From the NCBI GenBank assembly GCA_035281625.1, contig DATEDO010000105.1, positions 102 through 64,101 on the forward strand: a DNA stretch of 64,000 nucleotides, given 5' to 3'. The translations under genes and the position numbers were made by a program. The notes under the pieces are model-generated. The model saw only the letters and a list, made by a program, of their open reading frames with translations. It did not search any database and had not been told where the DNA came from. Origin of the DNA: Candidatus Methylomirabilota bacterium. Its GTDB lineage: Bacteria > Methylomirabilota > Methylomirabilia > Rokubacteriales > CSP1-6. Numbering within the stretch: the stretch's first letter is position 1; each line of letters begins with the position of its first letter. Shown piece by piece: positions 42,101 to 50,247 of the stretch.

Positions 42101-43669
42101 CTACTTCTCGAGCCACACGTTGTAGAAGCGGAGCCGCTCGTTGCTTTCGTCGAAGCCCTTGACGTTGTTGCGGGCGGCGCGCATCCCGAAGAGATCACCG
42201 TAGCGGATCACTGGGACCTTCTCGTAGAAGAGCCGCGTCTGCCGCTCCCACAGCGCCATCCGCTTCTTGGGGTCGGTCTCGCGCGCGAGCTCGGCCGAGA
42301 TACTCAGCATGGTCTCGTCGTTGTTCCAGCCCGGCCAGGCGGCGGTCAGGTACACGTGATGGGTGGGGTCGTAAGCGGCGCCGATGCCGGTCGTGAAGGC
42401 GTCGTACTCCTTGGGGTTGTTCCGGCGCTTCACGAGGGTCGCCCAGTCCACGACCTGGAGGTCGATGTTGAAGCCCACATCCTCGAGCTGCTGCTTGGTG
42501 AGCAGCGCGAAGTCGTACATCCACTTGTACTCTTGCGTCGTCATGAAACGGATCGGCTCCTTCTTGTATCCAGCCTCCTGCAGGAGCCGCTTGGCCTTGT
42601 CCTTGTTCCGCTCGTTCCACGGCAGGCCGGAGAGCTTCGTGTGCCAGGCGGTGATCTCGACCGGGGCGAGGCTCGAGTCCATGCGATAGAACTCGCTCTT
42701 CCCGCCCGCCACCGTCTTCATGATGGGCTCGATGTCGATAGCCGCCTGCCAGGCCTGACGGAGCTTCTGGTTCGTCATCAGGCCTTCCTTCTTGTTGAAG
42801 ACCGCGACGAGCCAGTAATAGGGCTTGGCCACGATGGGCCGCGCCGCCGTGCTCTTCTTGATCCGGTCGTAGGCGTCCAGGTTCAGGTCGTCGGCGAAGT
42901 CGAGCTCGCCGGTCTCCACCTGCGCCACCCGCGTCGCGACCTCGGGCACCGGCACCCAGCGGATCTCGTCCGCGTAGGCGGTCTTGCCGCCGCCGTAGCC
43001 ATTGGGCTTCTCGTTCCGCGACTTGTAGTCGTCGAAGCGCACCATGCGGATGTACTGGTCGGGCTTCCACTCCGCGAGCTTGTAGGGACCCGTGCCGATG
43101 TATTCGGTGGCCTTGACCGCGGGCTCGAACTTCTCGGCGATCTCCTTGGGATAGATGGCGCCGAAGTTGTTGGGTACGGCGAGGGAGATCAGCACGATGG
43201 CGGACTTCTCCTTCAACCGCAGGTCCACGGTGTACTTGTCGACGGCCTTGACGTCGGTGACCTGGGCGAAGAGGGCCTTCCCGTAGATGGATTGCTTCCC
43301 CCACCGGACGAGCGAGGCCACCACGTCGTCGGACGTCATCTCCTTGCCGTTGTGGAACTTGACGCCCTGGCGGAGCTTGAACGTGTAGACGAGCCCGTCC
43401 TTGCTCACGGTATGGCCCTCCGCGAGCATGGGGATGGGCTTCTTGTCCTTGTCCAGGCTGTAGAGTCCCTCGTAGATGTGGTTGGTGAGGGTCTCGGTGA
43501 TGCTCGCGGTGGTCCAGTGCGCGTCCAGCGCGGGCGGCTCGCCGAGATTGCCCACGCGGAGGACGCCGCCCTTCACCTGGGCGAGCGCGGGCGGGACGGC
43601 CGTGCCGGCGGCGAGGGCCGCGGCGGCGAGGACGAGAAACGCTTTCCGGAAGACGACTGAGCCCGTCAT
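42101..43669 (-). CDS. ABC transporter substrate-binding protein, family 5 (peptide/nickel/opine type)
   Basis: Signal peptide, then LRVGNLGEPPALD...YRMVRFDDY. 522 aa. Confidence 0.9.
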   Translation of the reverse strand: MTGSVVFRKAFLVLAAAALAAGTAVPPALAQVKGGVLRVGNLGEPPALDAHWTTASITETLTNHIYEGLYSLDKDKKPIPMLAEGHTVSKDGLVYTFKLRQGVKFHNGKEMTSDDVVASLVRWGKQSIYGKALFAQVTDVKAVDKYTVDLRLKEKSAIVLISLAVPNNFGAIYPKEIAEKFEPAVKATEYIGTGPYKLAEWKPDQYIRMVRFDDYKSRNEKPNGYGGGKTAYADEIRWVPVPEVATRVAQVETGELDFADDLNLDAYDRIKKSTAARPIVAKPYYWLVAVFNKKEGLMTNQKLRQAWQAAIDIEPIMKTVAGGKSEFYRMDSSLAPVEITAWHTKLSGLPWNERNKDKAKRLLQEAGYKKEPIRFMTTQEYKWMYDFALLTKQQLEDVGFNIDLQVVDWATLVKRRNNPKEYDAFTTGIGAAYDPTHHVYLTAAWPGWNNDETMLSISAELARETDPKKRMALWERQTRLFYEKVPVIRYGDLFGMRAARNNVKGFDESNERLRFYNVWLEK

Positions 43670-43725
43670 GCAGGCACCTCCGTGCGGCGGGGTTCGCGTC
43701 AGGTGCGTGGAGTGTGCTGGAGGGC

Positions 43726-43753
43726 GGGCCGCCTTGTCAACGGGCGGCGGCCC
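43726..43753 (-). terminator. 8-bp GC hairpin immediately after the amidase stop
   Basis: GGGCCGCC-12 nt-GGCGGCCC. The loop contains TTGACA on the minus strand, a possible -35 for the downstream ABC operon. Confidence 0.4.
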
Positions 43754-45208
43754 TCACTCGTAGCCGGGCGGCGGCACGAACGCCTGGAACTCGCGCTCGA
43801 GCAGCTTGGCCAGCTCGATGGTGGTGCGGTCGCCATACTGCGGCCCCACGATCTGCACCCCTACCGGGAGGCCCCCCGGCGTGAAGCCGGCCGGGGCCAC
43901 GGTGCCGGGCAGGAACACCACCCCCGCGAGACCGGCCCAGAAGAGCTGGTCCGTGGTGGGCACGCGGCGGCCGTTGACCGAGATGGTGCGCTCGTAGCGC
44001 TCGCCGACGTGATCGTGGGGGAAGGCGGCGGTGGCCGCGACGGGGCAGATGAGCACGTCCCACTCGCGGAAGAACTCCGCCCACTTCCACCGGAGCTGAT
44101 GGCGCGCCTCGTTGGCGGCGTGCCAGTCGCGGTGGGGCATGGTGTTGGCCCGGATCATCCGCGCGTAGTAGGACTCGTCGTCGGGGGCCAGACGGCTCGC
44201 CGCCTCCGCCTCGGCGCGGAACTCCGCGGGGCTGAGCCGTCCCGACGTGGCGCCGCGCAGCAGCTGGATGTACACGCGATGCGACTGCGCGGTGTCGATG
44301 TCGGGCCGCGCGCGGTCGTTCACCTTGGCCCGGCGCCGCGAGAGGAAGTCCGCCACCGCCTGGATGCGGTCCTGCACCTCCACGTCCACCTCGGACACGG
44401 CATCGGTGAGCATGACCGCGACCTTGAAGTCGCGCAGGGCGCGCCGCCGCGGCGCGGGCAGCTCCAGCCGCCAGCCCTCGGCGTCGATCTCGTCCGGGCC
44501 TGCCATCGCGGTGAGGGCGAGGGCGAGGTCGTCGGCGCTGCGTCCCATCGGCCCCACCACGCTGATGTCGCCCGGCGCGACCTTGCCCGGCAGGGCCTGG
44601 CCGCGCGGCGGCACCACGCCGTACGAGGGCTTGTGGCCGAACACACCGCAGTAGTGGGCGGGGTTCCGGATGGACGAGCCGATGTCGCTGCCCGCCTCGA
44701 TCCCGGTGAGGCCGGCGGCGAGCGCGGCGGCGGAGCCCCCGGAAGAGCCGCCGGGCGAGCGGGTCAGGTCCCAGGGATTGTTGGTGGTGCCGTAGATCTC
44801 GTTGTAGCTCTGATAGTCTGCGAGGTAGATCGGCACGTTGGTCTTGCCGAAGATGACGACGCCCGCTTCCTGCAGCCGGTCCACGGTCAGCGCGTTCTTC
44901 GCGGGAAAGTTTCCCTTCAGCGCGGGGACGCCCCAGGTGGTGGGCATGCCGGTGACGTCGTACGACTCCTTGATCGTCATGGGCACGCCGTGGAGCGGGC
45001 CCCAGGTGGCGCCCTTGCGGAGCGCGGCGTCGGCGGCCCGCGCCCGCTTGCGGGCGGTCTCCAGATCCGTGGCGATGATGGCGTTGACGCGCGGGTTGTA
45101 CCGCTCCATCCGCGTGATGTAGAGGTCGAGCAGCTCGAGGCAGCCGATCTTCTTGCGGCGGATCAGCGCGGCGAGGGACTTTGCCGACTCGAATGGAACG
45201 TCCATCAT
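43754..45208 (-). CDS. Amidase-signature family amidase
   Basis: GGSSGGSAAALAAG...GSDIGSSIRNPA. Start trimmed to ATG 45208 (GGAGG RBS). Confidence 0.92.
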   Translation of the reverse strand: MMDVPFESAKSLAALIRRKKIGCLELLDLYITRMERYNPRVNAIIATDLETARKRARAADAALRKGATWGPLHGVPMTIKESYDVTGMPTTWGVPALKGNFPAKNALTVDRLQEAGVVIFGKTNVPIYLADYQSYNEIYGTTNNPWDLTRSPGGSSGGSAAALAAGLTGIEAGSDIGSSIRNPAHYCGVFGHKPSYGVVPPRGQALPGKVAPGDISVVGPMGRSADDLALALTAMAGPDEIDAEGWRLELPAPRRRALRDFKVAVMLTDAVSEVDVEVQDRIQAVADFLSRRRAKVNDRARPDIDTAQSHRVYIQLLRGATSGRLSPAEFRAEAEAASRLAPDDESYYARMIRANTMPHRDWHAANEARHQLRWKWAEFFREWDVLICPVAATAAFPHDHVGERYERTISVNGRRVPTTDQLFWAGLAGVVFLPGTVAPAGFTPGGLPVGVQIVGPQYGDRTTIELAKLLEREFQAFVPPPGYE

Positions 45209-45247
45209 CCACCTCCGGGGCCAACAATGTATCATGCGGGGCGAGCG

Positions 45248-46297
45248 ATGAGGCGACGGACGGCGCTGGCGACGGCGGGGCTGGGCCCGCTCGCCTTTCT
45301 CGCCTTCCCCTCGGCGTGGACGTCGCGGCCCGCATGGGCCGCCGACACCTGGGACCTGCGGCAGATCTCCGCGGACGAGCGGCGCCGCCTGCTCGCGGGC
45401 GAAGCCCTCCCCTTCCCCGTCGCCGAGCGCACCGACCGCGATCTCGCCGCCGGCGTCGTCCTCTACCTGCCGGTCCCGGCAGCGCGCGTGGGCGAGCACC
45501 TCGTCGAGGCGGAGCTCGCCGTCCGCGATCCGGGCGTCACCGCCTGGGGCGTGCTGCCCGAGCGCGCGAGTCCGGAGGATCTGGCCAAGCTCCGGCTGGG
45601 GCCCGCGGAGACCGAGGAGATCCTGGAGGCCCAGCCGGGATCGGTGTGGAATCTCTCGAGTCGCGAGCTCGAGGCCCTCCGTGCGCTCCGACCTGCCCTC
45701 GCCGGCCCGGCACGCTCGGGGCTGGCGCAGGCGAGCACGAGCCTGCACTACCGCACCGTGCTGCTGCACCGGGCCCGGGCGTATCGCACGGGCGGCCTGG
45801 CCGCCATCGAGCCCTATGCCCGGCGGGGGGGCGCCGTCGTCGATCCTGGGGCGGAGCTCCGCCTGGCTGCGGAGGACACGCGCCCGCTCGCCGACGCCGC
45901 GCCCGGTCTGCCCGACACGCTCCTGCTCTACCCGTCGCTACAGGCGGCGGGCCGCCCGAGCCAGATCTTCTGGGTGGAGCGCCGGCTCCAGGGGCGGGCC
46001 GCGCCCATCCTCGTGCATCAGCTCATCGACGCGCGCCCCGAGCTGGCCGTGCACGTGGAGCGGCACTTCTTCGTGGCGCACTCCTACAACTCGAGCCAGA
46101 CGCTGACCGGCGCCCTGCCCTGGGGGAGCGGCTGCCTCGTCTTCACGGTCGGCCGCGTCTCCACCGATCTGGTGACGGGTCTCGGCGGCGAGGTGAAGCG
46201 GGCGCTCGGCCGCCGCCAGCTCCGCGGGGACCTCACCGGCCGCATCGAGCGCATCCGCGCCGCCCTCGCGAAGATCACGCCTCCCCAGTCGCCCTGA
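45248..46297 (+). CDS. Secreted hypothetical protein (RR-containing signal peptide)
   Basis: MRRRTALATAGLGPLAFLAFPSAWTSRPAWAA. Only the last 349 codons of track ORF 43682..46297 are used. An alternative ATG is at 45227. Confidence 0.6.
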   Translation: MRRRTALATAGLGPLAFLAFPSAWTSRPAWAADTWDLRQISADERRRLLAGEALPFPVAERTDRDLAAGVVLYLPVPAARVGEHLVEAELAVRDPGVTAWGVLPERASPEDLAKLRLGPAETEEILEAQPGSVWNLSSRELEALRALRPALAGPARSGLAQASTSLHYRTVLLHRARAYRTGGLAAIEPYARRGGAVVDPGAELRLAAEDTRPLADAAPGLPDTLLLYPSLQAAGRPSQIFWVERRLQGRAAPILVHQLIDARPELAVHVERHFFVAHSYNSSQTLTGALPWGSGCLVFTVGRVSTDLVTGLGGEVKRALGRRQLRGDLTGRIERIRAALAKITPPQSP

Positions 46298-46356
46298 AGC
46301 GGCGTCGAGACGGGTCCAGGGGCGGCAACGAAGCGAATGGGCCCTTCTCGGCGCCG

Positions 46357-47388
46357 CTAGACGGGAATCGCGACGCGGGCCAGCACTTCCGGCTCGTCGA
46401 GGAGACGGCCGGCGCCGCGGACCACGCAGGTCAGCGGATCTTCGCAGACGGTGATGGGCAGATCCGTCTGCTGATGGAGCAGGAGGTCGAGCCCCGGCAA
46501 GAGCGCGCCGCCGCCGGTGAGGGTGATGCCGTTGTCCACGATGTCGGCGGCCAGCTCGGGCGGCGTCTTCTCGAGACAGCTGTGCACCGCCTCCACGATG
46601 GCCTCGATGGGCTCGCGGAGCGCCTCGCGCACCTCGGCGCCGCTCACGTAGATGGTCTTGGGAATGCCCGCGGTGAGGTCGCGCCCCTTGACCGCGATGG
46701 TCTCGTTGTCGCGCGCGCACGGATAGGCCGAGCCCAGCGAGATCTTGATCTCCTCCGCCCGCCGCTCGCCGATGAGAAGGCTGTGGCTCTTCCGGACGTG
46801 GGAGGTGATGGCGTCGTTCATGTCGTCGCCCGCGATGCGCAGCGACGTCGAGAACACGATGCCCGACAGCGAGATCACCGCGACCTCGGTGGTGCCGCCG
46901 CCGATGTCCACGATCATGCTGGCGCCCGGCTCGGAGATGGGCAGCCCCGCCCCGATGGCGGCGGCGGTGGGCTCGGCGATGAGGAAGACCTGGCGCGCCC
47001 CGGCATGCCCCGCCGACTCCTGCACCGCGCGGCGCTCCACCTGGGTGATTCCCGAGGGAACGCTGATGACGATGCGCGGATGGACCGGACTCCACCGCGG
47101 ATGAGCGCGGCGGATGAAGTGGTAGAGCATCTTCTCGGTGGTGTCGTAGTCGGCGATGACGCCGTGGCGCAGGGGACGGATGACCTCGATGGTGCCGGGC
47201 GCTCGACCGAGCATCGCCTTGGCGGTGTTCCCCACTGCGATCACCGATCGGTCCGCGGTACTGAGGGCCACGATGGACGGCTCGTTGAGGACGATGCCCT
47301 GCCCCGGCGCGTGCACGAGCGTATTCGCCGTGCCGAGGTCCACGGCCATGTCGGTGGGAAGGAAGAAATTGAGCGCGCGGCGGAGCAT
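46357..47388 (-). CDS. mreB: Rod-shape-determining actin homologue MreB
   Basis: DLGTANT...EPSIVA...IVDIGGGTTEVAVISL...LTGGGALL. Confidence 0.93.
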   Translation of the reverse strand: MLRRALNFFLPTDMAVDLGTANTLVHAPGQGIVLNEPSIVALSTADRSVIAVGNTAKAMLGRAPGTIEVIRPLRHGVIADYDTTEKMLYHFIRRAHPRWSPVHPRIVISVPSGITQVERRAVQESAGHAGARQVFLIAEPTAAAIGAGLPISEPGASMIVDIGGGTTEVAVISLSGIVFSTSLRIAGDDMNDAITSHVRKSHSLLIGERRAEEIKISLGSAYPCARDNETIAVKGRDLTAGIPKTIYVSGAEVREALREPIEAIVEAVHSCLEKTPPELAADIVDNGITLTGGGALLPGLDLLLHQQTDLPITVCEDPLTCVVRGAGRLLDEPEVLARVAIPV

Positions 47389-47401
47389 CCGCGAACACCG
47401 A

Positions 47402-47417
47402 GGCAACGGATGTGCCA
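47402..47417 (-). promoter_or_regulatory. Near-consensus sigma-54 promoter, TGGCAC-N5-TTGC
   Basis: The minus strand reads TGGCACATCCGTTGCC. The -12 GC lies 15 nt upstream of the mreB ATG at 47388. Confidence 0.5.
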
Positions 47418-47567
47418 GCGGCGCGCGCGACGTGAGCGGGCGGGAAAATATGGCGTCCCGTGACGCGCGGCGGCGCGGCCGGCGTAGGACTTACACGGGC
47501 GGCGTGTAGGGATTACATCGTCGACTACCGGCGTCCGCCTCCGTGACCGGCAGCCGCGGCGCCGACC

Positions 47568-48686
47568 TCATCCGTGCCGGCGTGCGGCGCCATCTGATGA
47601 GCGAGTTCGGTCTGCTGCGCGCGGGCGGCTCGGCGCCCGGGGCGTCGCGGGGCCGCCGAGCAGCGCGGTGAGGCGCGGGCGCGCGCCCGCCTCGATTTGC
47701 TCCCGCGTGCACTGGCGCGGCGCCTTGTCGGGCCGCCAGCGGACGAAGCGCGTGCCGTGGCGGAAGCGCCCGCCGCTGACGTGATCGTAGCCGACTTCCA
47801 CGACCAGCCGCGGCGCCAGCGGCACCCACTCGCCGGAGCGCTCGGTGCTCCAGCGGCTGGGGCCGCCCGGCGCGTTGCCGGTGAAGCCGGAGCCGCCCAT
47901 CAGCGGCCGCAGCTTCCCGAGGAGCGCTCGCCGGTCGGCCACGCTGAAGCCGGACGTGAAGCCGACGTGGTCGAGCCGGCCCTGGCCGTCGTAGAGGCCG
48001 AGCAGGAGCGAGCCCACCACCTTCCCCGCGGAGGCGTACCGGAAGCCGCCCACCACGCAGTCGGCGGTGCGGAGACGCTTCACCTTCACCATCGCGTCCC
48101 GCGTGCCGGACGCGTAGGGAGCGTCCAGGCGCTTGGCGACGACGCCGTCCAGGTTGCCGCCGGCCCGCGAGAGCCAGGACTGCGCGGCCTCGAGCTCGGT
48201 GGCCGCGGGCGAGAGTCGAATGGTGGCGGCGCGGGCGAGATGCGCGCGGGCGAAGGCCTCGAGGCGCGGCCGCCGCTCCGCGAGAGGTCGCTCGACGAGC
48301 GGGCGCCCGTCGGCGTCCACGAGGAGATCGAAGGCGATGAGCCAGGCCGGCGTCTCCTCGGCAAGCCGGCGCACGCGCGAGGGCGCGGGGTGGATGCGCT
48401 GGAGCAGATCGTCGAAGGAGAGCCGGCCGTCGACGGGGACGACCAGCTCCCCATCCAGCACGAAGCGCCGGGCCGGGAGCGCGCCCACCGACGCCACCAC
48501 GTCCGGGAAATAGCGCTCCAGCGGCTTGCCCGCCTTGGACCGGAGCGCGACCGACTCGCCATCGCGGAAGACGAGGCAGCGGAATCCATCCCACTTGGGC
48601 TCGTACTGCCAGCCGGGTCCGGTGGGGATCGCGTCCACGAGCCGCGCCTCCATGGGCGGGTAGTCCGGGCGGAGCGGCAGCGTCAT
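47568..48686 (-). CDS. ligD: ATP-dependent DNA ligase (stand-alone LigD ligase domain)
   Basis: YEPKWDGFRC (adenylation Lys), LDGEL, DGVVAKR and VKVKR motifs. ATGA overlap with the upstream gene. Confidence 0.92.
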   Translation of the reverse strand: MTLPLRPDYPPMEARLVDAIPTGPGWQYEPKWDGFRCLVFRDGESVALRSKAGKPLERYFPDVVASVGALPARRFVLDGELVVPVDGRLSFDDLLQRIHPAPSRVRRLAEETPAWLIAFDLLVDADGRPLVERPLAERRPRLEAFARAHLARAATIRLSPAATELEAAQSWLSRAGGNLDGVVAKRLDAPYASGTRDAMVKVKRLRTADCVVGGFRYASAGKVVGSLLLGLYDGQGRLDHVGFTSGFSVADRRALLGKLRPLMGGSGFTGNAPGGPSRWSTERSGEWVPLAPRLVVEVGYDHVSGGRFRHGTRFVRWRPDKAPRQCTREQIEAGARPRLTALLGGPATPRAPSRPRAADRTRSSDGAARRHG

Positions 48687-49636
48687 GCCACGCGCTCGAG
48701 TCGGAAGCGGCCGGTCCGGGCCAGCATCGGCGCGTAGAGATCGCCCAGGCGCTGGAGCCGGGCGGGCGCATTGTCGATCCGGAAGTCCTCGACGCGCGCG
48801 CCGCCGGCCACCTCGTCCCACGTGAGGGGCATGGACACGGGCGCGCGCGGGCGGGGGCGCACCGAGTACACCGAGGCGAGCGTGCGTCCCCACGCGTTCT
48901 GGTTGTAGTCCACCAGCACCCGGCCCGCCGGCCGCCGGGCCACGCGGTACTCCGCGGTCACGAGGCTCGGCCGCTCGCGGGCGAGCGTCTGCGCCACCGC
49001 TTTGGCCACCCGCCACACCGTCTTCTGGTCGGGGCCGCGCACGATGGGCACGTAGATGTGGATGCCCCGCGAGCCGGTGGTCTTGGGATAGGCGGACATG
49101 CCCACGTCCTCGAGCGCGGCGCGCACGAGCAGGGCCGTCTCGCGCACCCGCTCGAACCCGGCGCCCGGCACCGGGTCGAGATCGAAGTGGAGATAGTCCG
49201 GCCGGTGGACGTCGTCGCAGCGCGCATACCACTGATTGAGATCGATGCAGCCGAGGTTCACCACCCACAGCAGTGACAGGAGGTCCTGCACCATTGGGAA
49301 GTCGATCACGTTGCCGGACGCATGATCGATGCGGCACGTCTCGATCCAGTCGGGGCGCGGCGCCGGCGCGCGCTTCATGAAGAAGAACGGGCCGGCCGCG
49401 CCATCCGGGTAGCGCTTCATGACCATGGCGCGGTCGCGGAGATGCGGCAGCAGGTACGGCGCCACCGCCACGTAGTAGCGCAGGAGGTCGCCCTTGGTCA
49501 GGCGGGGGCGCGCCCAGAACGGCTTGCGCAGGTTGGTGAGGGTGACGGCGCGACCGCCCAGCCGCACCTCCACGGTGTCCCGGTCGGGCGGGACGACCGC
49601 CGCGGGGTCGAGGGCGGGCCGCGCGCGCGGGCTCAT
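48683..49636 (-). CDS. LigD polymerase/primase domain protein (archaeo-eukaryotic primase fold)
   Basis: DYLHFDLDP, KTTGSRGIHIYVP and VLVDYNQN motifs. Confidence 0.92.
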   Translation of the reverse strand: MSPRARPALDPAAVVPPDRDTVEVRLGGRAVTLTNLRKPFWARPRLTKGDLLRYYVAVAPYLLPHLRDRAMVMKRYPDGAAGPFFFMKRAPAPRPDWIETCRIDHASGNVIDFPMVQDLLSLLWVVNLGCIDLNQWYARCDDVHRPDYLHFDLDPVPGAGFERVRETALLVRAALEDVGMSAYPKTTGSRGIHIYVPIVRGPDQKTVWRVAKAVAQTLARERPSLVTAEYRVARRPAGRVLVDYNQNAWGRTLASVYSVRPRPRAPVSMPLTWDEVAGGARVEDFRIDNAPARLQRLGDLYAPMLARTGRFRLERVA

Positions 49637-50247
49637 GGCGCGCGCACGAGACGGGGCGGTCGCACGCCGTGGCGCACCGCGCCGCGCACGCCGACGTAGT
49701 CGAGCTCCGCGCCCACGCGGGCGCAGCGCAGGAGCAGGCCTCCGCGGCTCATGTCGCCGCGCCCCACGAAGTCGGCGGGGAAGCGCAGGCGCTCGCCGAA
49801 GACCTCCAGGAGCGGGTCGAGATACTTGCCGGTGGCGATGCTGCCCAGGAGCACCACGTCGCAGCGCGCGCCCAGGAGCGGCGCGAAGCGGAGCGCGTCG
49901 CGCCGGAGGGGCTCCACATAGCGCGGGTTCCCCGCGTCGATGTCCACTTCGGCGAAGCGGCGCAGCCGCGCCAGGTCCACCATCTCCACCGCCGGCACGA
50001 GCCCGTCGGTGGGGGTGATCACGAGCACGCCGGAATGGCCGGCGGGCGGACGGGCGAAGGCCTCGGCGTAAGCGAGCTTGCCGCGGAAGTAGAGCCCGCT
50101 GAGGAACGAGAAGACCTCGCCCAGGGGCGCCCCGCCGGGGCCGCGCAGGCGCTGGGCCAGATCGAAGCGGGCCGCGGGGCTGAACACGAGCCGGGCGCGC
50201 TCGCCGCCGCAGTGCGCGGGCGAGAGCAGGAAGATCCGCCGCTTCAC
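49633..50247 (-). CDS. Hypothetical protein (204 aa) embedded in the PolX-LigD operon
   Basis: GTG 50247 overlaps the PolX stop (GTGA), and its own stop overlaps the LigD-pol ATG (ATGA). Sequence: RIFLLSPAHCGGERARLV...VVLLGSIATGKYLDPLL...FVGRGDMSRGGLLL. No family recognised. Confidence 0.65.
   Translation of the reverse strand: MKRRIFLLSPAHCGGERARLVFSPAARFDLAQRLRGPGGAPLGEVFSFLSGLYFRGKLAYAEAFARPPAGHSGVLVITPTDGLVPAVEMVDLARLRRFAEVDIDAGNPRYVEPLRRDALRFAPLLGARCDVVLLGSIATGKYLDPLLEVFGERLRFPADFVGRGDMSRGGLLLRCARVGAELDYVGVRGAVRHGVRPPRLVRAP

Noticed and set aside
40886-43660. 924-aa plus-strand ORF
   Set aside because: It is antisense to well-supported ABC permease and binding-protein genes. Its composition is Arg/Gly/Asp/His-rich and low in complexity, with no recognisable motifs. 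This is a typical high-GC shadow ORF.
45181-47463. 760-aa plus-strand ORF
   Set aside because: It is out of frame with the secreted protein and antisense to mreB. Shadow ORF.
47389-47567. Possible tRNA or sRNA in the 179-nt spacer upstream of mreB
   Set aside because: I could fold no cloverleaf or T-loop (GTTCGAATC-like) sequence. The spacer is better explained as a promoter region containing the sigma-54 motif.
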